Source of the DNA: Chthonomonadales bacterium
GTDB lineage: Bacteria > Armatimonadota > Chthonomonadetes > Chthonomonadales > Chthonomonadaceae
NCBI GenBank assembly: GCA_038217285.1
Contig: JBBQPO010000019.1
Location: 1 to 38,146, forward strand
Direction: 5' to 3'
DNA length: 38,146 bases
Below the pieces are notes generated by a model. That model saw only the letters and a program-made list of their open reading frames with translations. It did not search any database and was not told the origin of the DNA. Below are positions 18,596-26,939 of this stretch, in pieces (the first letter of the stretch is position 1; each line of letters starts with the position of its first letter). Both the position numbers and the translations under genes were made by a program.

Positions 18596-18622
18596 TACGC
18601 GCCGGAAGTCGGAGCGGTTTCA
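18596..18622 (-). promoter_or_regulatory. ECF-type autoregulatory promoter TGAAAC-N17-CGTA
   Basis: Exact SigW-type -35/-10 words ending 12 nt before the sigma start codon. Confidence 0.7.
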
Positions 18623-18627
18623 AAAAT

Positions 18628-19617
18628 CTAATGCACCTCCGCCAAAAGCTCTTCGGAGGTGACGGTTGCGACGCCATGTTTGCGGACCACGCAGGCTCCG
18701 GCCAGGCAGGCGATCTCGGCCGCCTCGACCATGGTGGCTCCGCAGACCAGGGCGAGCGTCATCGCGCTGATCGTCGAATCGCCTGCGCCTGCCCCGTCCG
18801 CGACTTCGACTTTGTGCGCGGGCACATGGGCGTGTTCCCCGTCGCGCCGCCAGTAGTCGAGCCCCTGTTCGCGCTGGGTGATGACCAGTGTATCCACATC
18901 GAGGCGCTCTCGCATTTCGACGCCGTAGCGGTGCAGTGCGACAGGGTCTTCCGGCAGAGCCGACCTGCTGAGCTCTTCGGCCTCGAAATGGTTAAGCGAG
19001 AGCACGCTGGCCCCGCGCAGCCAGAGCGCGCTCGTCGGCTTGGGATTCGTCACGAGTGGCTTGCCCATCGCCGCCGCCAGCGCACTCAAGCGTGCCGCCG
19101 TTCCCGGCGAAATGACGCCCTTGCGATAGTCGGAGACCAGCACGGCCTCGGCCTGCTGCAGCGCCGCTTCCACGCGGGCGATCAGCGCCTCCGCGAGGGC
19201 CTCCGGCAGGGGATGCGTCTGCTCTCGATCTACACGCAGCACCTGCTGGTTCTGCGCCACGACGCGGGTCTTGCGGGTGGTCGGGCGGGAAGCGTCGGTC
19301 AACACTCCCGCCGTGTCGATGTCCCAGGTCCGTAACTCCCCTTGCAGCAGGCGGCCCATCTCATCATCCCCAACGACGCCGGCGATCCCCACCTTCGCCC
19401 CCAGCGAACGCAGGTTATTGGCGACGTTGGCAGCCCCCCCCGGCTTGAACTCATCGGCATGTACCTCGATGACCATAACAGGGCCTTCCTGCGAGATTCG
19501 CCGTGCGGTTCCCATCAGGTATTCGTCCACCATCAGGTCGCCCACCACCAGGATCGAACGCTCTCGAAACTGTGTCACGATCTCCGCCAGCCGCCCCCCG
19601 CTCATCCGTTGCTCCAT
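18628..19617 (-). CDS. rfaE1: PfkB-family kinase, RfaE/HldE domain I (heptose-7-phosphate kinase)
   Basis: VGDLMVDEY, PGGAANVA, TTRKTRV..QQVLRVD, SDYRKG, GAGD. Confidence 0.85.
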   Translation of the reverse strand: MEQRMSGGRLAEIVTQFRERSILVVGDLMVDEYLMGTARRISQEGPVMVIEVHADEFKPGGAANVANNLRSLGAKVGIAGVVGDDEMGRLLQGELRTWDIDTAGVLTDASRPTTRKTRVVAQNQQVLRVDREQTHPLPEALAEALIARVEAALQQAEAVLVSDYRKGVISPGTAARLSALAAAMGKPLVTNPKPTSALWLRGASVLSLNHFEAEELSRSALPEDPVALHRYGVEMRERLDVDTLVITQREQGLDYWRRDGEHAHVPAHKVEVADGAGAGDSTISAMTLALVCGATMVEAAEIACLAGACVVRKHGVATVTSEELLAEVH

Positions 19618-19821
19618 AAAAATCGCTTTCTGTCCGTCGTTTTGCCTGCGATTTCGAACCCGTCAGGCATTGCAGGAATTATACTCCATCCTGTCCCCAA
19701 ACAGAAGCGAGGAGGGACACCGATGGTATCCCTCCTCGCTCGCTATAGGTCCGGCTTTCGAACGCAACCGGTCTTTGAACATAGGTCTGCGGCCTGTCTA
19801 GGGAGGCGAGCCTGTTCTTGC

Positions 19822-20115
19822 TTAATGCCCGCCGCTGCCGCCGCCAGGGCCACCGCTGCCGGGATAGCCAGCGCTGCCGCCGCCAGGGCCACCGCTGCCG
19901 CCAGCACCATCGCTGGCAGGCATGCCGCCGGGAGTACTGGGGCCGCCGCTATTGCCACCGGACTGGTAGCCGTCTGCGCTACTGGCGGACTTGCCTTCTG
20001 TGAGCGGAGCCGCATCGGAGTGGCCCAGCACCTTCCAGCCTATGCCGGCGAGTATCAAAAGGACGAGGACGACGAGCCCTGCCGCAACGGCGGGACTGAT
20101 AGACTGCTTTTTCAT
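19822..20115 (-). CDS. Small membrane-anchored Gly-rich protein
   Basis: MKKQSISPAV + single TM helix + GGSGGPGGGS tail; internal 29-bp exact duplication (19833-19861, 19872-19900). Confidence 0.7.
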   Translation of the reverse strand: MKKQSISPAVAAGLVVLVLLILAGIGWKVLGHSDAAPLTEGKSASSADGYQSGGNSGGPSTPGGMPASDGAGGSGGPGGGSAGYPGSGGPGGGSGGH

Positions 20116-20246
20116 GTTTTGTTGTTCCCTTGCTTGGTGAATACGCGGCATCTCTCCTGCGTAAAGAGGCCCTATGTCCTCGTAAGGCCACCTTTCGAAG
20201 AGGCCACGGCGTATTCCGAACCGATTAGTTTTGTGTCGCGACGGTT

Positions 20247-22310
20247 CTATTCGCGATGGATAGCCTCTTTGCCTGCATCATTTTCAGACTTCAGCCAGCG
20301 ATTCAACCAGGAAAGATTGCGATGAAGGCGGTCGAGACGCAGGCTCGGCGGGCCATTGCGCGACATGCCGTGGGAGGTCTCCGCCGGATACCGTACAAAC
20401 TCCACCATCTTGCCCTGCATGCGCAGGGCCGCAAACAACTCCTCGGCCTGCCCGGCAGGACAGCGCAGATCGCCGTCGCTATGGAGGATCAGCAAGGGGG
20501 TTTTGATATGGCCCGCGAAGGCGAGGGGAGAGTGCTGCCAGAGCGGGAGCGGATCGTTCCAGCTATCGCCGCCGAAGTAGGCCCCGTGCCGCCACGGGAA
20601 ATCGGTCGTGCCGGCCATGCTATGCAGATTGCCCACCAGTCGATCCGCGATGGCGCAGGCGAATCGGTCGGTATGGCCCACCGCCCAGGCGGTCATATAT
20701 CCACCATAAGAGCCGCCCATGATCGCCATGCGTTGTGCGTCCACATACGATAGCCCGGCGGCATAGTCGGCTGCCGCCAGAACGTCCTCGTAATCCCGAT
20801 GGCCCCAGTCCCCTTTGATCGCCTTCGTGTGCGCCTCGCCGTAGCCGACGCTGCCACGTGGGTTCACGTAGACGACGACATAGCCGTTCGCCGCCAGGAA
20901 CTGGAACTCATGCATCAGAATATTGCCGTACTGCGTGTGCGGCCCCCCATGCACATAGACGATACAGGGAGAGGTCTGTGTCGGGTTCAAGTCGGCAGGT
21001 TTCAGCAGCCACCCCTGCACTCTGCCGCCCGATCCGTTGGCAAACTCGATCGCTTCGGGCGCGGTCACCTCGACCTCTTCCCGAAAGGCGCGGTTGAAGT
21101 CGGTGCGCGGACGCCTCTGCACGCCCTGCTCGGACTGCGTCGGCTCGTACAAAACGGCCAGCTCCTGAGAGCAGAGCGGAGTTCCCAGGGTGATGGCGAC
21201 GCGACCGTTCGGACTGAGTGTGAAGCCACCGAGCTCCCCGCCCACTGGAGAGAGAGCGAGGGGGCTGCCGCCCTCCACCGACATAAGCATGAGCCGCGTA
21301 TCGCCGCGCTCACTGACGGGGAAAAAGAGGGTGTCGCTGCTTGCGTTCCACTGCACCGTATCGCCCGCCCCAGTTTCGTGCGCGTCGGAGAGAGAGGCAT
21401 ATCCGATATAGAGATCCGTATTCCCGGTCAGGTCACGGGCGCTCTCCCCGCCTGCCGCCGGAAGCACGAAGAGGCGCGGATTATTGGTGCCCCAGGTGTC
21501 GGTCAGATCGGGATTGCCGAGATAGGCGAAGCGGGTTCCGTCGGGGGACCAGGTCAGACCATGTTTCGGGCCCATCGGGGCAGGCAGGCGTGTCAGTTCT
21601 CCGCCGGTCGCCGGAACGGTCCAGAGCGCATCGTCGTAGTGCGGGGCGATGTCGCTGTCGGCACGACGGTCGGAGAGGAAGGCCAGTGTCGTGCTGTCCG
21701 GCGACCAGGTGGGCAGATCACACGGATAGGGGCCGCTTGTCAACGGCACGCACGCACCGGTCTGCGTGTCCGCCACCCAGATCTGCGCAAAAGAGTCGTC
21801 TACGAAACCGTTGCCGTCCCGGCGGTAGTTCAGCGCGGTGTGGACACGGGGCGGCGGCGGAAGCTCCTGCTTCTGCCGCTCTTCGATACGCTCTTTGCGG
21901 TAGGCCTCGGGCGTTTCATGGAACAGAAAGGCGATCTTCGTGCCGTCCGGCGACCAGCGAAAACCCTCGATGCCGCCCTCTTTCTCCAGTATTGTCAGGG
22001 CAGTCGGCTCGCCCCCGTCCGTAGGAATCGTGAAAAGGCGGCTTTTCGGCTTCTGGCGATCAGAGATAAACGCCAGTCGGCTTCCGTCCGGCGACCAGCG
22101 CGGGTGGCTGTCGTTGGAATCGCTGCCCGTAAACCGGCGAGGCTCCCCGTCTTGGGTCGGCACGACCCAGATTTCACTACGATACCGACTTTTCTCCGCG
22201 TCGATGCTCTTCTTGACAAACGCGATCTGCGCACTGTCCGGGGAGATCTGCGGATCGCTCACCATCTGCAAACGCATGAAATCTTCGGCCGTCATCTTAC
22301 GGGGCATCAC
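20247..22310 (-). CDS. S9-family peptidase (acylaminoacyl-peptidase-like) with PD40 propeller
   Basis: WSPDG repeats; VHGGP; GGSYGG Ser; DLRC Asp; SHG His. Confidence 0.93.
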   Translation of the reverse strand: MMPRKMTAEDFMRLQMVSDPQISPDSAQIAFVKKSIDAEKSRYRSEIWVVPTQDGEPRRFTGSDSNDSHPRWSPDGSRLAFISDRQKPKSRLFTIPTDGGEPTALTILEKEGGIEGFRWSPDGTKIAFLFHETPEAYRKERIEERQKQELPPPPRVHTALNYRRDGNGFVDDSFAQIWVADTQTGACVPLTSGPYPCDLPTWSPDSTTLAFLSDRRADSDIAPHYDDALWTVPATGGELTRLPAPMGPKHGLTWSPDGTRFAYLGNPDLTDTWGTNNPRLFVLPAAGGESARDLTGNTDLYIGYASLSDAHETGAGDTVQWNASSDTLFFPVSERGDTRLMLMSVEGGSPLALSPVGGELGGFTLSPNGRVAITLGTPLCSQELAVLYEPTQSEQGVQRRPRTDFNRAFREEVEVTAPEAIEFANGSGGRVQGWLLKPADLNPTQTSPCIVYVHGGPHTQYGNILMHEFQFLAANGYVVVYVNPRGSVGYGEAHTKAIKGDWGHRDYEDVLAAADYAAGLSYVDAQRMAIMGGSYGGYMTAWAVGHTDRFACAIADRLVGNLHSMAGTTDFPWRHGAYFGGDSWNDPLPLWQHSPLAFAGHIKTPLLILHSDGDLRCPAGQAEELFAALRMQGKMVEFVRYPAETSHGMSRNGPPSLRLDRLHRNLSWLNRWLKSENDAGKEAIHRE

Positions 22311-22327
22311 GAACTCCTTGGAACGGT

Positions 22328-24340
22328 CTATTTTTTGCGGAGGACGATCTGGTCGTCGGTGGTCTTGAGCATCTCGTCGTAGTAGCTCCGGACCTTTTTG
22401 AAGTCGGCGGCGGGCACGATTCCGGGGTGCTCGAGGACGGTTGCGGTCACGGTCAGAGTCTTGCCGTCCGCCGATTTCTCGATTTTGCGGCGATACTCCT
22501 GCAGCGGCCCGACGAGGTTGACATCGGCAGGAATGTCTTCGATGGTGAATCCCTCGGGCAGATGATAGACGGTGACGCTTTCGGTTCGCGAGGCGTTCTC
22601 TTCCACGACAGGCCAGAGGCGTGTCTCCTGCGTGTACGGATTAGTACGCTCGCCGGTGCCGGTTCCCAGGCCGACAGGCAGGAGGAGCAGGCTGCTAGTC
22701 TTCTTCGCGAAGTTGGGTGCGGTCGCACTGAGCTTCATCACATAGGGACCGGTTTTATCGCTGCCGTCCGGCAGATCGAACGCCTTCATCGCGGCTCCGG
22801 TGGAGAGCCGCTGCGCCATAGAGGTCATCATCTGCTTGCGCTGGTCGGGCGTATACTCCCGGGCGCGGTAACGCATCCCCTGCCCCGACTCGCCGCGCAT
22901 AGTGAAATCGACCTTCGTGTCCGCGCCGCCGTCGGGGCGCAGGGTGATGTCGGAGTGGACGCTCATGCCGTTGTCGGCGGCGTTGTAGGTCGGGATCGTC
23001 TTGAACTCGCCCTTACCGTCGTTGACCACGAGCACGCGAGAGCCTCTGTCGCTGTTGGGGATATCTCCATAAGCGCAGGTTTCGGCGGTGGCGTCGAGCC
23101 AGACCTCTTTGCCGGAGACCTGCGCCAGCGCGATACAGTGGTTGAACGCGGTCAGGGTGGGCAGGCCCTGATCGATCACGCGGCGTTCGTCGGCATGCAG
23201 CAGCACGGGGCTGGCCTTTATTCCTGCCACGCCCAGCATGGTGACGAGCAGAGTGGCTTTGTCTTTGCAGTCTCCGTAGAGTTTATCGTACACGTCGGCA
23301 GCGGCATGCGGCTTGAACGCCGAGATACCGAACTCCAGGCCGACGTAACGCGTACGGTTGGCGACCCAGTCGTAGATGACGCGGGCCTTCTCTTCTTCGG
23401 TCTGTTTCCCGGCGATCAGCGTGTTGACCGTCTTCTTGATAGCCTCGGTCGGCTTGGCCTGCGGAGACTGCAGCCCCCAGAACCACTTTGCGATCTCTTG
23501 CCAGGAGTCGAGGGAAGAGACCTCCATCCAGGTCGTAATATCGTTGTAGTTCGGCATCGACGGCTCGATCTCCAGCGGTTTGGCGTTCTTGAGCTCCCAG
23601 GTATAGGTGCGGACCTTACCGTCGAGAGAGGTGGTGATGACAGGCTTGAGACTGGCGTCGTTGTAGGTCTTGAATTTGAGCGGCTTGTCGGTCGGAGCAT
23701 GCAGCACAAAGCGGCTGACGCCGACAGGTTCCGGGCCGTTGAAGCCCCAGTAGGTAAAGAACTGGCCGGGCATCAGCATCGGATGGGTGATCTCTTCCCA
23801 GGTGTAGTCGATGACGCAGCCGTCCTCGACTCCCGGCATCGAGAATCCGTAGCCCTGCGCATCGTCGTACATCAGGTAGTCGCCTGCCTGCGCGGTGGTG
23901 CGAATATCGCCCGGCTTCACGCGGACGATCGTCCCGTCCTTTTGGATGGTGCGGGCGCTGACGACATGAAGCTCCTGGAAACTGGAGTTGTACGGAAGAT
24001 TGACTTCTGCGAGACGACGGGCACGTTCGTTGTAGAGCTTATAGGTCATGCGATAGCGCGCCACGACCGTCCCGTCCGATTTGACCGTCACGTTGCCCAG
24101 ATCGAGCAGGCGGGCGTAGTTGGCATTCGGATAGGCGGCGGAGGTCGGCGCGGTATCGATCGCCGTTTTGAGCTCTGGATCGATGCCTTCCAGCTTATCA
24201 GCCTTGTCGGCGGCACTATGTACGAGGGCTTTTTGATTTTTGGGAGGATCCGCATAGGCGGAAGGCAGCGGAGCGAGAAGCGCTGCGGAGACAACGGCAA
24301 GCGCGAACGCGCTAGTAAGACAAAGTCGGCGGAAGAACAT
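22328..24340 (-). CDS. Exported DUF3857 + transglutaminase-like domain protein
   Basis: Signal peptide; GDCKDKA Cys, FNHCI His, WLDAT Asp triad. Confidence 0.9.
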   Translation of the reverse strand: MFFRRLCLTSAFALAVVSAALLAPLPSAYADPPKNQKALVHSAADKADKLEGIDPELKTAIDTAPTSAAYPNANYARLLDLGNVTVKSDGTVVARYRMTYKLYNERARRLAEVNLPYNSSFQELHVVSARTIQKDGTIVRVKPGDIRTTAQAGDYLMYDDAQGYGFSMPGVEDGCVIDYTWEEITHPMLMPGQFFTYWGFNGPEPVGVSRFVLHAPTDKPLKFKTYNDASLKPVITTSLDGKVRTYTWELKNAKPLEIEPSMPNYNDITTWMEVSSLDSWQEIAKWFWGLQSPQAKPTEAIKKTVNTLIAGKQTEEEKARVIYDWVANRTRYVGLEFGISAFKPHAAADVYDKLYGDCKDKATLLVTMLGVAGIKASPVLLHADERRVIDQGLPTLTAFNHCIALAQVSGKEVWLDATAETCAYGDIPNSDRGSRVLVVNDGKGEFKTIPTYNAADNGMSVHSDITLRPDGGADTKVDFTMRGESGQGMRYRAREYTPDQRKQMMTSMAQRLSTGAAMKAFDLPDGSDKTGPYVMKLSATAPNFAKKTSSLLLLPVGLGTGTGERTNPYTQETRLWPVVEENASRTESVTVYHLPEGFTIEDIPADVNLVGPLQEYRRKIEKSADGKTLTVTATVLEHPGIVPAADFKKVRSYYDEMLKTTDDQIVLRKK

Positions 24341-24570
24341 GATATTGACTCTCCTGCAATACGAGGCTCGGGCATACGATGGAAAGGATTTGGCAGACGC
24401 GGAAATGCCTCCGCGACATCTCTTTTTCTTACGAATCCGCAGGGCAGGGAATTAGCGGGGCCGCCCAAAATGGCTCTTTCAAAGAAATTCGCCGCCCGCT
24501 GAACTTTTGGCTGCCCAGCGCGTCTATAAGACTGTTTACCTTTACTATAGACGCGAACCTTCGCAACTTG

Positions 24571-24598
24571 GTCACGCCTTTAGGGCGTGACTTTTTTT
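24571..24598 (+). terminator. 8-bp perfect hairpin + T7 overlapping the ribD stop
   Basis: GTCACGCC-TTTAG-GGCGTGAC-TTTTTTT; oriented for a plus-strand transcript. Confidence 0.45.
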
Positions 24599-25800
24599 GG
24601 CTCTCCGAGCATGATACGGCCTTCCAGCGCGAGATCCGGCCCGAAGCGGTGAACTCGCAGAGAGTCCAGGGGGACGGCCTGCGCCATAAAATCCGCTCCG
24701 ACGCCTTCCAGAGGCGTCGGAGCGGATTTGCCGCCGAGCAGTTTGGGAGCGATGAAAAAGAGGGCTTTGTGGGCGAGGCGGGCCTGAAGAAGGGCCGCAT
24801 GAAGTTCGCCCCCTCCTTCGGCCCAGACGCTGATGATCTGTCGCCGTGCCAGCTCCTGCATCAACGCCGTCAGGTCCACCCGGCCCGTGGCATCCGCTGG
24901 GAGAGGCAGGATCTCCACGCCTTCGCGGCGCAGAGAGCGCGCACGTTCCGAATCGACGCTCGCCCGTGTCGCGATGAGCAGGGGCGTTTCGGGGGTGACG
25001 AGGCGCACGGCGGCGCTGTCGGGAGGCGTGCGCAGTCGGCTATCGACGACCACGCGCAGCGGCTGGCGCGGCAGAATGATCCCTGGTAGACGCGCGGTCA
25101 GTTGGGCATTGTCGGCGAGCAGGGTGCCGATCCCTACGAGGACGGCCCCGCTGCGGGCACGCTGCAGATGGACAAACCGCCGGGCGCGGGGGCCGGTGAT
25201 CCATTGCGAGTCCCCGGTGCGGGTCGCGATCTTGCCGTCCAGCGTCATGGCGGCTTTGAGCGTCAGGAACGGCATACCGGTCGTCTGAAAATGGAGAAAC
25301 GCTTCATTCAGCCGCCGCGCCTGCGCCTCCAGGACGCCGAGCGCGACCTCGATCCCGGCCGCCTGCAGTTTCGCCAGACCGCGCCCGCAGACACGCGGGT
25401 TGGGGTCCGGAGTGGCCACGACCACGCGCCGTACCTTCGCCGCGATCAGCGCGTCCGCGCAGGGCGGGGTACGCCCGAAATAGGAGCAGGGCTCCAGCGA
25501 CACATAGGCCGTCGCTCCCACCGCCTGTTCGCCCGCCGCCCGCAGGGCGAACACCTCCGCGTGCGGCTGTCCCACGTAGGGATGCCAGCCCTCGCCGACC
25601 TTGACGCCCTCCCGTACCAGAACGCAGCCCACCATCGGATTCGGCGGCGTGAACCCTCGCTCCGCCACTCGCAGCGCCCGCCGCATCCACCCGATCTCTT
25701 CCGCTGTGCCTACAATACGCGGCCAGGCGCTCTCACCATTCTCGAAATCAGGGGAGAGCGCCTGCGCGGAAGCAAACGGGATGGCAGCGGCCTCATCCAT
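24580..25800 (-). CDS. ribD: Bifunctional riboflavin deaminase/reductase RibD
   Basis: PNPMVGCV, HAE, EPC..GRTPPC, TLDGKIA, EGGG. Confidence 0.95.
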   Translation of the reverse strand: MDEAAAIPFASAQALSPDFENGESAWPRIVGTAEEIGWMRRALRVAERGFTPPNPMVGCVLVREGVKVGEGWHPYVGQPHAEVFALRAAGEQAVGATAYVSLEPCSYFGRTPPCADALIAAKVRRVVVATPDPNPRVCGRGLAKLQAAGIEVALGVLEAQARRLNEAFLHFQTTGMPFLTLKAAMTLDGKIATRTGDSQWITGPRARRFVHLQRARSGAVLVGIGTLLADNAQLTARLPGIILPRQPLRVVVDSRLRTPPDSAAVRLVTPETPLLIATRASVDSERARSLRREGVEILPLPADATGRVDLTALMQELARRQIISVWAEGGGELHAALLQARLAHKALFFIAPKLLGGKSAPTPLEGVGADFMAQAVPLDSLRVHRFGPDLALEGRIMLGEPKKVTP

Positions 25801-26251
25801 CCTCTTCGTCCTCCTCTTCTTTATGGCGCAGAGTGGCCTGCTGCTGCAGCGTGACGACCGTTTCCTGTTGCAGCGCGCGGGACTCAAGGGCGAAGTTACG
25901 AGCCGTTTCGCGGAAATCGAGCCAGGCTAAAAGGAGTACCAACACCATGAGGAGGGAGCAGACGCCCCAGAAAGCGAGGGCCATGGCGACGACGACCTTC
26001 CGCGCCTGGAGGGTGCGTTTTGCGTGCACGATCTGTTTAGGGGTCAGGTTCGGCCCTGGCTGCGAAGCCGCTATGCGGGCCAGTTGCGGCGTGTCCGGTC
26101 GGCCCACCGCCTGATGCACCCGCGGCATGACGGTAAACCCACCGTAGACACTCATCACCATAATGACCGCCAGCAGCACCGTCACGAGAGTACGATAGCG
26201 GCGGGAGCGCGGCGAGACAATCGTCATATAGGGCGAGGTAGGAGGCGTCAT
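25793..26251 (-). CDS. Two-TM hypothetical membrane protein
   Basis: Two hydrophobic helices and an acidic tail; tightly packed between rpe and ribD. Confidence 0.7.
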   Translation of the reverse strand: MTPPTSPYMTIVSPRSRRYRTLVTVLLAVIMVMSVYGGFTVMPRVHQAVGRPDTPQLARIAASQPGPNLTPKQIVHAKRTLQARKVVVAMALAFWGVCSLLMVLVLLLAWLDFRETARNFALESRALQQETVVTLQQQATLRHKEEEDEEDG

Positions 26252-26254
26252 CTT

Positions 26255-26938
26255 CTATTCTCCTGGGGGAAGGGCGGCGGCACGCAGAAGGCGGATGGCT
26301 TCCGGGACGCCGCCCGCATGCCCATAGATCGAGGTTCCGGCCACCAGCACATTCGCGCCTGCCGCCGTGACTTTGCCGGTCGTGGCCGCATCGATGCCGC
26401 CGTCCACTTCGAGATGGATAGGATGCGCCGTTCGCCGGATCATCTCTTGTACGCGCGCGATTTTAGGCAGCATCGAGGGCAGAAACGCCTGTCCGCCAAA
26501 GCCGGGATTGACCGTCATCACCAGAATCAGGTCGAGGTCGTCCATCACATATTCCAGAACTTCGGGCGATGTGGCAGGGTTCAAGGCGACGCCCGCTTTC
26601 GCGCCGGCCCGCCGGATCTGCGACAGCGTTCTCTGCAGGTGCAGGCAGGCCTCGGCCTGAACCGTCACGCTGTCCGCCCCTGCTTTCACGAAATCCTCGA
26701 CATAGCGTTCCGGCTGCATGATCATCAGATGGACGTCGAAAAAAGCGCGTGAGACAGGCCGTAACGCCTTGACCGCCGGCATGCCCATCGAGATGTTCGG
26801 CACAAACGAGCCGTCCATGACATCGAAGTGCAGAAACTCCGCGCCGGCCTCTTCTACGATACGTGCCGCCGCCGCCAGATGGCCGAAATCCGACGCCAGC
26901 AGAGACGGGGCGATATACAGATCCGGTACGATACTCAC
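26255..26938 (-). CDS. rpe: Ribulose-phosphate 3-epimerase
   Basis: APSLLASDF, HFDVMDG.FVPN, DVHLM, MTVNPGFGGQ, VDGGI. Confidence 0.97.
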   Translation of the reverse strand: MSIVPDLYIAPSLLASDFGHLAAAARIVEEAGAEFLHFDVMDGSFVPNISMGMPAVKALRPVSRAFFDVHLMIMQPERYVEDFVKAGADSVTVQAEACLHLQRTLSQIRRAGAKAGVALNPATSPEVLEYVMDDLDLILVMTVNPGFGGQAFLPSMLPKIARVQEMIRRTAHPIHLEVDGGIDAATTGKVTAAGANVLVAGTSIYGHAGGVPEAIRLLRAAALPPGE

Positions 26939-26939
26939 C

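Noticed and set aside
20799..24502. Long plus-strand ORFs (527 and 691 aa) and similar ORFs elsewhere
   Set aside because: Antisense shadows of well-supported minus-strand genes, typical of high-GC codon bias
24340..26260. FMN riboswitch associated with ribD
   Set aside because: ribD overlaps its upstream gene, and no RFN-like conserved blocks were seen
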